Shown here: positions 9,366-18,698 of the stretch, piece after piece
How positions within the stretch are numbered: the stretch's first letter is position 1
Layout of the letters: each line of letters opens with the position of its first letter
Source of the DNA: Lachnospiraceae bacterium
GTDB taxonomy: Bacteria > Bacillota > Clostridia > Lachnospirales > Lachnospiraceae
Direction: 5' to 3'
Assembly: GCA_045113775.1 (NCBI GenBank)
Contig: JBGUJH010000018.1
Coordinates: forward strand, 6,034 to 70,033
Length of the DNA: 64,000 bases
The notes under the pieces: model-generated
Told to the model about the DNA's origin: nothing
Database searches by the model: none
The model's input: the letters and a program-made list of their open reading frames with translations, nothing else
Translations under genes and position numbers: made by a program

Positions 9366-11738
9366 ATGAAGAAGCTGGAGATTCAGGATTGCAAAATAGA
9401 GCTGATCTATCTGACTAATGAGTCCATGCATTCGCATCAGGACATTGAAGTGGTGTACATGATCGACAGTGAAGCGGAATATCTGACTGAGAATCCGTTT
9501 ACGCTGAAGAAAAGTGACATAGCCGTTATCAATTCGGGCGAGCAGCATATGATACGGTGCAGGCGGGACGCGATCGCCTTTCGCTTATTGATTCCATACC
9601 GCTTAGCGGGAAAGCTTTCATCGGATGAGAACATTTACTTTCAGTGCAACTCAGTATTATACCCGTCTTATAATTACAGTAACCTGGAACGACTGCTGGA
9701 ACGCCTTCTGCTTGATTATCTGAAGGTGAACACTGCAGATCTGAGCGGGATCAGCAGTATGCTGTTTCAGGTCATCCATGAACTGTTTGAGAATTTTAGA
9801 AGAGACAGGAATAAGATCGGGGCGTATTCCGGGAAAAAACAGGGGGACAAAATAGACAGGATCCTGAATTTTATTCACTTGCACTATTTTGAACCGCTGA
9901 GTTTGCCAGAAATGGCAGAGCGCTTTAATATGACAGAGACATATTTGTCCCGCTATTTTAAAGAAAAGGTCGGACAAAACTATGTGAACTATCTCAATGA
10001 TGTCAGACTGAAAAACGCTGTAACGGATTTGAGCCAAACTGATAAATCGATCACTGAAATTGCTCTCGACCACGGATTCTCGACTCCTTCCGTATTTAAC
10101 CGGTACTTCAAGAGCAAATACGGCAAAACGCCGTCCGAGTACAGAAAAGAAGTATTAGGCAGCAGAAAGAGCCAGGAGATCGGGGAAGAAAGAATCAGAA
10201 AGATCCAACAGGGAATAAGTGAAAAGATCGAACTGGAAGCAAACAGCAGCATTAAAGCGAAGGTTGTGCAGGTAAGCGCGCGCCGGGGCGAGGTTAAGTG
10301 GAATAATAAGAATACCATTATTAATATCGGGGAGACTCCTGCGGTCTGTGACGCGGGAATTCAAAAGCATATTCTTCTTCTCAAAAATGAGCTGGGCGTA
10401 TCTTATGCCCGCATATGGAATGTCTTTTCCGATCGTTTTATGATCACAAACGATCTTGACGGAGACAGCTTCAATTTCTTCTATTTGGACACGGTTTTAG
10501 ACTTTTTTGTGCAAAATGATATCGCTCTCTTCCTGGACCTGGGGCAGAGAAAACGCGTCATCAAGGCTACGAGCAAGAATGAATTGCGGCTGGAGACGGA
10601 ATGCAATCAGCCCGTCAACAGCAGGCAGTGGGAAAAACTGCTGAGCCATTTTATGAGGCACCTTTTGCGCAGATATGGAGATACTGTTCTGGAAAAATGG
10701 ATCTTTGAATTTCCGTGGAACCTGGAGCCGTATTACCGTGAAGACTATGATTATGTGAGCGCGTATCGGATTGGCAGAAATACTGTGCGGAGTTTTTTGA
10801 AAAACGGGACTGTCGCAGGTTTAAGCCCGAATGTGACGGTCAATGAGAAAGAATTCGCAGCAGTGATCAGGACCTTAAAAAAAGAGGATATTTTTCCGGA
10901 TATAGTGACAATGCGTGTCTTTATGGATCTGGAACACAAGCTCGTGGAGGGAGCTGATTCCAAGACGGAAAACGGGTTTATATGCGCCAGGCAGTTCGTC
11001 GAAAAAATAATAAGAATGGTTACGGATGAAAACACAGATTGCAAATTCTGTATATCGGAATGGGCGAATACCGTGTTAAACAGGACGGCGATCCAGGATA
11101 GCTGCGCCAGAGGAACAAATGCGATCAACTTTGTGTCTGGCATATCGAACCTGGTTGATATGATGGGAATCTGGCATGGGACTGATGCTATTGATGTTTT
11201 TTACGATACAAGAAAACTGATCTACGGCAGTGCCGGAATACTTACCAAAGACGGGATCAAAAAGCCGATCTTTTACGCGTTCCGGTTTTTAAGACAGCTG
11301 GGGGGAGAACTGCTGAAAACAGGGAATAACTACATAATGACCAAAGATCCCTCGGGAAGGATCATCTGTCTTTGCTATAACCAAAGGGCATACAGCTACT
11401 ATTACTATTTCAAAGACGTAACGGAACAGAAAGATTTATTCAAGCTTTTTCAAAGCGAAGAAAAAGTGATCCTGGAAATGGAGATAACGAATCTGGAAAA
11501 AGACGGAGAGTATCTGATCAAAGAAGAAGTGGTCAACAGTACAAGCGGCAGTATCCAGGATGAGTGGAAAACACTGGGAAACCAGGAGGAACTGGGAAAG
11601 TCTGAAATACAGTATTTAAGAAATGTATGTATTCCCAAGATATACATGAAGCAATTCACTTGTGTGGAAGGAAAACTCAGTTTTCATATTGAGCTGGAAC
11701 CTCACGAGATGAGGCTCATCCATATATCCCCGTACTAA
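9366..11738 (+). CDS. AraC-family regulator fused to GH39-like domain, copy 2
   Basis: HSHQDIE cupin, AraC HTH (YLSRYFK...HGFSTPSVFNRYFK), GH39-like domain (ARIWNVF, GILTKDGIKKP). Confidence 0.85.
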   Translation: MKKLEIQDCKIELIYLTNESMHSHQDIEVVYMIDSEAEYLTENPFTLKKSDIAVINSGEQHMIRCRRDAIAFRLLIPYRLAGKLSSDENIYFQCNSVLYPSYNYSNLERLLERLLLDYLKVNTADLSGISSMLFQVIHELFENFRRDRNKIGAYSGKKQGDKIDRILNFIHLHYFEPLSLPEMAERFNMTETYLSRYFKEKVGQNYVNYLNDVRLKNAVTDLSQTDKSITEIALDHGFSTPSVFNRYFKSKYGKTPSEYRKEVLGSRKSQEIGEERIRKIQQGISEKIELEANSSIKAKVVQVSARRGEVKWNNKNTIINIGETPAVCDAGIQKHILLLKNELGVSYARIWNVFSDRFMITNDLDGDSFNFFYLDTVLDFFVQNDIALFLDLGQRKRVIKATSKNELRLETECNQPVNSRQWEKLLSHFMRHLLRRYGDTVLEKWIFEFPWNLEPYYREDYDYVSAYRIGRNTVRSFLKNGTVAGLSPNVTVNEKEFAAVIRTLKKEDIFPDIVTMRVFMDLEHKLVEGADSKTENGFICARQFVEKIIRMVTDENTDCKFCISEWANTVLNRTAIQDSCARGTNAINFVSGISNLVDMMGIWHGTDAIDVFYDTRKLIYGSAGILTKDGIKKPIFYAFRFLRQLGGELLKTGNNYIMTKDPSGRIICLCYNQRAYSYYYYFKDVTEQKDLFKLFQSEEKVILEMEITNLEKDGEYLIKEEVVNSTSGSIQDEWKTLGNQEELGKSEIQYLRNVCIPKIYMKQFTCVEGKLSFHIELEPHEMRLIHISPY

Positions 11739-11776
11739 TGGAAAATGACTGACGAGGTGATACGGAATAAACCGTG

Positions 11777-11803
11777 TACAAAAAATGATTGCCGTTTTTT
11801 GTA
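11777..11803. promoter_or_regulatory. Putative operator dyad variant; may also act as terminator hairpin
   Basis: TACAAA-N15-TTTGTA inside a longer inverted repeat upstream of the transporter 2 operon. Confidence 0.4.
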
Positions 11804-12079
11804 CACGGTATTTCTTTTGCTGCGAAAAGGATAAAAAATACGCACAATATAGTAGGGACAATGGAAAGTAAGAACCCGTAAAAATGTATAGAATTATCAC
11901 AGAAGCTGATCCACGGAGCTATTAGGATTCAGCAAGAAGCGCGCTCTTTTACTTTAAAGCTCCTGACAGGTTAAACAATTGAGAAATAAGCCATCCAATT
12001 TGCGAAGGTTCAAAGAAAAAACAGAAAGGAAGTATCGTTTTGGACTGGATCACAGCCATGACGAGAAAAAGGCGAGGAA

Positions 12080-13447
12080 ATGGAAAAACAGCTTTCAAGA
12101 AAGAGTATAGTCAGCTATGCTCTGGGAGACCTGGCCAGTCAGCTGGTATGGACATATGTCGGTATGTATCTGACAGTATACTATCTGGATGTAGTTGGTC
12201 TTGCTCCTGCGGTTGCTTCACTGATCATGCTGGTAGCTAAAGTATGGGACGCAGTCAATGACCCCATGATGGGTGCCATCTGCGAGCGCACGCAGTCTAA
12301 ATACGGACGTTTCAGACCTTACATTCTATATGGAGCTCCGTTGCTGGCAATCTTCAGCATCCTGACATTTACGGCACCTTTCGGAAACGGAGCCGCAGGT
12401 GCAATCTGGGCAACAGTTACTTATATCGGCGCCGGTATGCTGTACACTCTGACCAATATCCCTTACGGAGCATTGGCAGGCGTTATGACAACACATACTG
12501 AAGAACGCGTCAAGCTGAACTCTGCAAGAGGCGTCGGCATGCAGATCGGCATCATGATCGTCAGCTTTGCCGGAGCTCTTCTGCTCTCAGCAATTTCAGG
12601 AAATCCGGAGCACATTACAGGAAAGAGCTATACAATTGTTGCTATCATCTTTGCTGCCATCGCTACACCGATGTTCTTCCTTGTTTTCAAGAATACAAAG
12701 GAAGTTACTTCTCCTAAGGTAAGCGGAGAGAAGGTTTCTCTTAAGGATTCACTGAGAGTTATCGCAACTAATAAATATCTCCTCATCATCGTTGGAGTAA
12801 CCATTTTCCAGATGGTTCCTTACATGGCTCGTATTTCCATAATGGCATTCTATGTCGGACACTGCCTCGGTGACTTCAGATGGATGTCCATCCTGATGAC
12901 GATTCCTTCGTTCGGCGCGCTGATCGGAAATATTGTCACACCGGCAGTTGTTAAGCACCTTGGCAAGCATGGTAACCGCAATGCTCTTATCCTTTCCATG
13001 TTCCTGAAAGGTATTACATTTATCTGGATGTTCTTCATTCCGTATGAGAATATCGGCATGCTCATCTTCGTTACCTGCCTGAACGCGATTACAGGATTTG
13101 GTTTTGCACCGCAGCTGTCTATGATTGCTGACGCAATTGACTTCCAGGAAGAGAAGACAGGCGTTCGTTCAGATGGTATTGCATTCGCGGTTTACGGTCT
13201 TGCAACAAAGCTCGGCGGAGCAATCGGAAGCTCAGTGGGCATCATGATCATCACGGCCTTTGGCTATGTGGCAGGTCAGGCTGTTACAGCAAGCGCACAG
13301 ACCGGAATCAATTTCACGGCAAACCTCTTCTGCGGACTTCTTCACCTCGTAGCAGCAGCTATTCCGCTTCTGTTCTGGAAGATGACTGACAAGGACGCGG
13401 ATGATATCAGAGAACGCCTTAGAGTCAGAAATTCAAGTGCAGAATAA
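12080..13447 (+). CDS. GPH-family glycoside:cation symporter 2
   Basis: YALGDLASQ, WDAVNDPMMG, GRFRPY; paralog of 3965..5332. Confidence 0.9.
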   Translation: MEKQLSRKSIVSYALGDLASQLVWTYVGMYLTVYYLDVVGLAPAVASLIMLVAKVWDAVNDPMMGAICERTQSKYGRFRPYILYGAPLLAIFSILTFTAPFGNGAAGAIWATVTYIGAGMLYTLTNIPYGALAGVMTTHTEERVKLNSARGVGMQIGIMIVSFAGALLLSAISGNPEHITGKSYTIVAIIFAAIATPMFFLVFKNTKEVTSPKVSGEKVSLKDSLRVIATNKYLLIIVGVTIFQMVPYMARISIMAFYVGHCLGDFRWMSILMTIPSFGALIGNIVTPAVVKHLGKHGNRNALILSMFLKGITFIWMFFIPYENIGMLIFVTCLNAITGFGFAPQLSMIADAIDFQEEKTGVRSDGIAFAVYGLATKLGGAIGSSVGIMIITAFGYVAGQAVTASAQTGINFTANLFCGLLHLVAAAIPLLFWKMTDKDADDIRERLRVRNSSAE

Positions 13448-13471
13448 TTAGATTTTGTAAGGAGATAACAA

Positions 13472-14344
13472 ATGTATAAGTATGACAGAAAAGGACCGAA
13501 GCGTGGAATTGCACTCTATAGTTATTCCGCGGAGTATGGTATGACAAAGGATTTGAAAGATTGCTTTGAAGACATGTACGATATGGGCGCACATGGCCTG
13601 GAAATACTTGCGAATACACATATTGAAAACTATCCCAATCCGACAGATGAGTGGGTCGAAGAATGGTTCAGATTGCTGGACAAGTACGAAATCGTACCGG
13701 TCGAATACGGAAACTGGATTGATTCTCACATGCTGGGATATCGTGATCTGACAACGGAAGAGTCCTATGAGCTTCTCGCAAGAGATATGCGCCTTGCGCA
13801 CAGATTGGGATTCACGGTCATGAGAACTAAGATGCCGGTAATCTCAAGCAAGCTGGATCCGGTAGAAAACTGGAGAGAGATCATCAAGATGGCACTGCCG
13901 CTGGCAGAAGAGCTGAATATCAAGATGTGTCCGGAGATCCACGCACCGACAAATCTTGACAGTGAGATGGTTCGGAATTTTGTCGAATTTATTGAAGAAA
14001 CCGGAACAAAGAATTTTGGCCTGAATATCGACTTCGGCGTATTCCAGAACAACTTTGATAAAGAACCGCCTGAACGCAGACACTTTATGGGAAGCAAACC
14101 TGAAGAGATCATCCCGCTGCTTCCGTATGTTTACTGCTGCCACGCAAAATTCAATGATATGAGCGATGACTTTGAGGAAACCACCATTCCCTACAAGGAA
14201 GTGGTAGACATCATGAAAGAACATGGCTGGGACGGATATCTGCTGAGTGAGTATGAAGGCCGTGATAAATATGACCTGGGATATGAAGTAGGCCAGACAC
14301 TTAGAAAACATCATATCATGTTGAAACGCTACCTGGGAGATTAG
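13472..14344 (+). CDS. dfgA: Flavonoid C-glycoside deglycosidase alpha subunit (DfgA-like), paralog
   Basis: [22 protein letters not shown]-terminus, CPEIH, NIDF, CHAKF, SEYEG; matches my recollection of Eubacterium cellulosolvens DfgA. Confidence 0.8.
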   Translation: MYKYDRKGPKRGIALYSYSAEYGMTKDLKDCFEDMYDMGAHGLEILANTHIENYPNPTDEWVEEWFRLLDKYEIVPVEYGNWIDSHMLGYRDLTTEESYELLARDMRLAHRLGFTVMRTKMPVISSKLDPVENWREIIKMALPLAEELNIKMCPEIHAPTNLDSEMVRNFVEFIEETGTKNFGLNIDFGVFQNNFDKEPPERRHFMGSKPEEIIPLLPYVYCCHAKFNDMSDDFEETTIPYKEVVDIMKEHGWDGYLLSEYEGRDKYDLGYEVGQTLRKHHIMLKRYLGD

Positions 14345-14354
14345 GAGGAACATA

Positions 14355-14798
14355 ATGATAGAACGTGAAGTTATTCAGTCGGTCGGATTCAGAAATATCA
14401 AGGAAGACGGAAAAATAACCGGATTCCAGTTCAGGGTGAGAATCCCGTACTACCGTGGAATCTATCTCTGCCAGTTAAGACCGGGAAGTCTCTACGTGGA
14501 TGGCAGAAAATTTGAAAAAGAAGAAATCATATGGAATGTGGGCGGAAAGGATTTTACCGCAGAAGAGATGGTAAGTGACAGAGAAGATCACTGGGCTGTT
14601 ACAGAACCGGCAACCATTAAAGTAAAACTGGATGGCGGACTGGAGCAGGGATTTCATGATCTGGTTTTCGGATTCTGCTTCACTTCTTCCTACATGCCGC
14701 CGATCATGCAGGAGATGATGAACCCGGATGAGGAGCCTCCGTTCATCATGCCGGAATTCGGACATCATGTTCATACCAGAAGACTGCTGATCGTATAA
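14355..14798 (+). CDS. dfgB: C-glycoside deglycosidase beta subunit (DfgB-like, DUF6379), paralog
   Basis: VIQSVGFRNIK, GFQF.V..PYYRG, GFCFTSSYMPP, MPEFGHH..RRLLIV. Confidence 0.8.
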   Translation: MIEREVIQSVGFRNIKEDGKITGFQFRVRIPYYRGIYLCQLRPGSLYVDGRKFEKEEIIWNVGGKDFTAEEMVSDREDHWAVTEPATIKVKLDGGLEQGFHDLVFGFCFTSSYMPPIMQEMMNPDEEPPFIMPEFGHHVHTRRLLIV

Positions 14799-14808
14799 CA
14801 GTTGTTAC

Positions 14809-14855
14809 AAAGAGCAGTCATGCCGGAAATTGTTCTCTGGCATGACTGCTCTTTT
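14809..14855. terminator. Intrinsic terminator
   Basis: aaagagcagtcatgcc...ggcatgactgctctttt. Confidence 0.75.
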
Positions 14856-14881
14856 ACACGCCGTGCTTTTTCACTGCTGCG

Positions 14882-15772
14882 TTATTCTTTCCTTGCGGAC
14901 CGGACTTTCTTGAGCGCCCGGTTGACCCTGGAAAAATCAATGGAACACTGTCCGTTCGATATATGGACCGGAATTACAGAGTCAAAATCATATTTCTCGG
15001 GATAGAAATTGTCATCGCGAAAATCATAAACCATGACCGTTTCGCGTTCCGGGTCCACAATCCAGTATTCCTTAACACCGGCATTCTGGTATTTGTATAG
15101 CTTGAGGAGCATATCCTTGGAGCGGGTGGAAGGTGAAAGGATCTCCAATACAAGATCCGGTGCGCCTTCAAAGCGTTTCGCACCCAGATCATAAGGACCG
15201 CAGATCACGAGGAGATCCGGCTGCACCATAGTTTTGTTGTCCATATCCAGCCTTACATCACAAGGCGACAGATAAACCTCGCATTCGCCTTCGTGGGCAT
15301 CTGTACACTCCCGGAAAAGCATGAACAGCTCTCCCAGAATCTTCTGATGAATGACAGCCGGCGCAGACATATCGTAGAACACGCCGTCGATTAGCTCGAC
15401 ACGGCGCTCGTCCGGAAGCGCATAGTAGTCGTCTAAGGTGTATTCTCCGTCTTTTTTCTTCTTTTCCGGTGTCTTTTTCGGTGCAAGATTGTAACCGGCA
15501 GCGGGTTCCTTTACTGTGCCGCACGTTTCGGGCAGATCCTCATAGGTATAGCTCCGGCTTCTGTCAGGGTTCATTCCTGCCATATTGCTTCTGCGGCGCT
15601 CTTCGGCGGACAGAACAGTTTCAATCGCCACCAAAGTGGACTTTCTCGGTGCTTTGGTAGCGCCGCTCATGATCTTCTGGACTGTACTTAACGGAATGCC
15701 GGCTGAGGCTGCGATCATCTCATTTGTGAGGCCGAGAGTTGTCTTCTTGTTCTTTAATTCTTCAATTGTCAT
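14882..15772 (-). CDS. XRE-type HTH fused to Uma2/DUF820 putative restriction-endonuclease fold
   Basis: N-terminal HTH (LGLTNEMIAASAGIPLSTVQKI); ELIDG, VQPDL, PDLVLEILSPST, GVKEYWIVDP. Confidence 0.85.
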   Translation of the reverse strand: MTIEELKNKKTTLGLTNEMIAASAGIPLSTVQKIMSGATKAPRKSTLVAIETVLSAEERRRSNMAGMNPDRSRSYTYEDLPETCGTVKEPAAGYNLAPKKTPEKKKKDGEYTLDDYYALPDERRVELIDGVFYDMSAPAVIHQKILGELFMLFRECTDAHEGECEVYLSPCDVRLDMDNKTMVQPDLLVICGPYDLGAKRFEGAPDLVLEILSPSTRSKDMLLKLYKYQNAGVKEYWIVDPERETVMVYDFRDDNFYPEKYDFDSVIPVHISNGQCSIDFSRVNRALKKVRSARKE

Positions 15773-15885
15773 TGCCGACGCCTCCTGTTCTGTGGTTGTT
15801 ATGGTAAAATTATAACCTTAAAATAGCAATAAATAAATATAAATATAGCCAAATGCGCAATTTCAGAGCAATAAAAAAGCAATAA

Positions 15886-15914
15886 AAAATCCGGCTGTAA
15901 CGGCCGGATTTTTA
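15886..15914 (-). terminator. Intrinsic terminator of DMT gene
   Basis: aaaaatccggc-tgtaacg-gccggattttt. Confidence 0.65.
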
Positions 15915-15922
15915 TGTTGCTT

Positions 15923-16843
15923 TTACCCCTTCCGCGTCAGCAGATACCACTTCGCGAACGCTGTCCCGATAATGATGAAATAACCGACAAAGCTCCACAC
16001 ATCCGGCACCTCGCCGAACAAAATTGATCCGAAGATCGCTGCGTAGACAACCTGAGAATAATCAAACACAGAAATGTCCCGCGCGGGCGCGTTCTGGTAA
16101 GCGGCCGTGACTGCCAACTGTGCGCAGGCGGCGGAAGAGCCTGCCAGCACCAGGAAGAGCAGCTGCTGCAAAGTCATCGGACGATAGTTAAGCAGCAGGT
16201 TGGGCAGGAGAATGATGGTCGAAAACGCGGAGAAGAACATAACGATCACAGGTCCGCGCTCACCTGCCAGTCCCAGTTTGCGCACGTAAGTGTATGCTGT
16301 GCCCGCTGTGAAACCTCCCAGGATTGCGATCAATGCCGGGAAGGAGGCAATTCCTGCACCGGGTTTGGCAACAAAGGCCGCTCCGATGAAAGCCAGAAGA
16401 ACACTGAGCCACTCAACCCGGTTCGGTTTTTCTTTCAGAATGAATATGGACATCAAAATGGCAAAAAACGGAGAGAGTTTATTAAGTATATTGGCATCCG
16501 CGATGTTCATGTGGTCCACAGCCCAGAAATTGCAGAGGATACCTGCAGTTCCGATGCTGCTGCGCAGTAAGAGATCCGGCAGATTTTTCTTTTGGAAAGT
16601 AACCCCTCCCTTTGAACGGGCCAGCAGGACTGCGGCAAGAATGGCAGCGACAATATTTCTGAAAAATGCTTTCTGCATGGTAGGCACATCCCCTGAGAGA
16701 CGCACGAAGACGGTCATCAGGGAGAAGAAAAAGGCAGAAGTCAGGATGAACATGATCCCTTTGCGGCGATTGCCGGTCTGTGATGCTGTACTTGCTTTTG
16801 AATTTGCGGTGGCTGCGGGTTCGGATGAATTCTTTGCGGACAT
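15923..16843 (-). CDS. DMT/EamA family transporter
   Basis: About 10 TM segments, FFRN, LSPFF..ILKEK, YSQVVYAAIFG..LFGE.P; start at ATG after aagagg. Confidence 0.85.
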   Translation of the reverse strand: MSAKNSSEPAATANSKASTASQTGNRRKGIMFILTSAFFFSLMTVFVRLSGDVPTMQKAFFRNIVAAILAAVLLARSKGGVTFQKKNLPDLLLRSSIGTAGILCNFWAVDHMNIADANILNKLSPFFAILMSIFILKEKPNRVEWLSVLLAFIGAAFVAKPGAGIASFPALIAILGGFTAGTAYTYVRKLGLAGERGPVIVMFFSAFSTIILLPNLLLNYRPMTLQQLLFLVLAGSSAACAQLAVTAAYQNAPARDISVFDYSQVVYAAIFGSILFGEVPDVWSFVGYFIIIGTAFAKWYLLTRKG

Positions 16844-16963
16844 ATAAACCTCTTTTGTGACTATACTGATTATATTGTGCATCAACTATTATAGCGCGAT
16901 CAGTCGGGGTGACAAGGAGGGCGTCGCATCTTGTTGATTATAAGCAGGAGATATGCTGATTAA

Positions 16964-17388
16964 CCAGACAGGCCCCCGAGATGGAAGAACTTTCATTTTT
17001 GGGGGGCTGTTTCAGGCTAGTGATAGTTGAAGCTACCCCCCGAGATGGAAGATTTTTCGTTTTAGAGGGGCTGTTTCAGGCTTGTGATAGTCAGACAGCC
17101 CCCCGAGACGGAAGAATTTTCAATTTCGGGGGCCTTGCGGAGCTTGCCCGAGTTGAAGCTACCCCCCGAGATGGAAGGATTCTTGTTTTCGAGGGGCCGT
17201 GCAGAGTTTGTTCGAGTCGAAGCTACCCCACGAGGCGGAAGAATTTTCGTTTTAGTGGGGTTATTTCAGGCTTGTGATAGCCAGACAGCCCCCCGAGACG
17301 GAAGAATTTTCAATTTCGGGGGGCTGGCCGGAGCTTGTGCCAGTTGAAGCTACCCCACCAGATGGAAGATTTTTCGTTTTCGGGGGAC
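16964..17388. repeat. Tandem array of 7 degenerate palindromic units, 63-64 bp period
   Basis: Unit core CCCCCCGAGA(T/C)GGAAG...TTT(C)GGGGG; cgag anchors at 16977, 17041, 17104, 17167, 17231, 17294, 17358. Confidence 0.85.
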
Positions 17389-17452
17389 TGAGTACAGTGA
17401 AGATATCAGATAAAGGTGGTGCCGCATTGTATCATGGCAGAAATTATTGTTT

Positions 17453-17552
17453 TTTATCTCAGGGGAAGACCCCCACATCTAAAGTGGGGGATCAAAGTAA
17501 CAATTTTTTCTCAGTGGGGTCCAATCCCCTTCTGAGATAAATGATGCACACG
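17453..17552. repeat. Short nested-palindrome element (MITE/REP-like)
   Basis: tttatctcag(ggga)...(tcccc)ttctgagataaa ends enclosing ccccac-atctaaa-gtgggg; right half resembles 406-451. Confidence 0.5.
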
Positions 17553-17712
17553 CGTGCGGAAAGGAAGATGTTGCCTTTCAGGCAACCCGCACGCGGCGCA
17601 GCGGCTCGCTCTGCGAGCCTTGAATGCCTGCTTGACGGGGAGCAGACCAAAAATCAACCATTGCGCTTATGCGGCCCCTTTGATACATGACACAACGTCG
17701 GCACTGCAAGTA

Positions 17713-18546
17713 TCACACCTGTGACGAATCCTTAACTCCCAGCCTGTATCCCTGCGGAGTATACCCCGTAGTTTCTCTGAACACGCGGCCGAAATAGCTT
17801 ACACTGCTAAAGCCGCAGCTGCGGGAGATGTCTTTAATACCGGCATCCGGCGTTTCCATCAGAAGTACTTTGGCGTGGTGAATACGGATGCGGCGCAGGT
17901 AGTGCATGATGGTCTCGCCGGTGACACTCTTGAACGCGGAGCATAGATATTCCGGTGTCTTATGAAAGTGCGCAGACAGATCGTCCAGTGACAGGTCCTG
18001 TGCGAAGTTGTCTTCCAAGTAGAGGATGATCTCCTTGACGAGACCGGATCCTTCCGCGGCCTGGCTCATCGGGAGGCGGCGTACGCCGCCGGAAAGATCC
18101 AGGAGCAGGCTGTAAAGTTCTTTGGAGCACAGGATGGGCTGCGGTTTGGAGACAGATGCCAATTGCTCCAACGTGCTAAGTCGGGACAGGAAAAGACCGG
18201 GATCGGCGAGCGAGTAAATTCCCTGTCTGCTAAGCCTGAGGCAGTTCAGGATCCTGATGCAGGCGTCACCCTCAAATCCGACATAATGGACGGTCCAGTC
18301 GCCGCCAAGGCTCCGGTATCCGTGCCGCGTATGAGGCTCCAGGACGGCGATCTGTCCCGGGTGTAAAACGGCCCGCTCGCCGTCGAGAAAGAATTCACCG
18401 CTGCCTGATAAGCCGTAAAAGATCTGCCACAGAGGGAAGCCGTTCGGGCGCCGGATCGGCTCCTGCAGGTGGCTGATTCCGACGCTGCGCAGCAGTAGAG
18501 GGATCCGCTCCCGCTGGCGTTTTGTCACACTTATCGAATAGCGCAT
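17713..18546 (-). CDS. AraC-family transcriptional regulator
   Basis: Cupin arm plus HTH (CGFSSVSYFGRVFRETTGYTPQGYR); divergent from the GH35-like gene. Confidence 0.9.
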   Translation of the reverse strand: MRYSISVTKRQRERIPLLLRSVGISHLQEPIRRPNGFPLWQIFYGLSGSGEFFLDGERAVLHPGQIAVLEPHTRHGYRSLGGDWTVHYVGFEGDACIRILNCLRLSRQGIYSLADPGLFLSRLSTLEQLASVSKPQPILCSKELYSLLLDLSGGVRRLPMSQAAEGSGLVKEIILYLEDNFAQDLSLDDLSAHFHKTPEYLCSAFKSVTGETIMHYLRRIRIHHAKVLLMETPDAGIKDISRSCGFSSVSYFGRVFRETTGYTPQGYRLGVKDSSQV

Positions 18547-18698
18547 ATCTGTTATCCTATACGTTAAGAATTTAATATGATTATTAATATACTAAGATTG
18601 TTCCGGGGATGCCGTCAAGCTACAATTATTATAGAAAACAGGTCAATAAGACAAAATATTTACTAAACAGATTCATTTTATGAGAAAGGAGCAGCCTT

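Noticed and set aside
16964-17388. Possible CRISPR array
   Set aside because: Repeats are degenerate, linkers resemble each other, and no cas genes are in the window.
16981-17540. ORFs 16981..17277, 17084..17347, 17274..17540
   Set aside because: They are translations of the tandem repeat with no recognisable domain.
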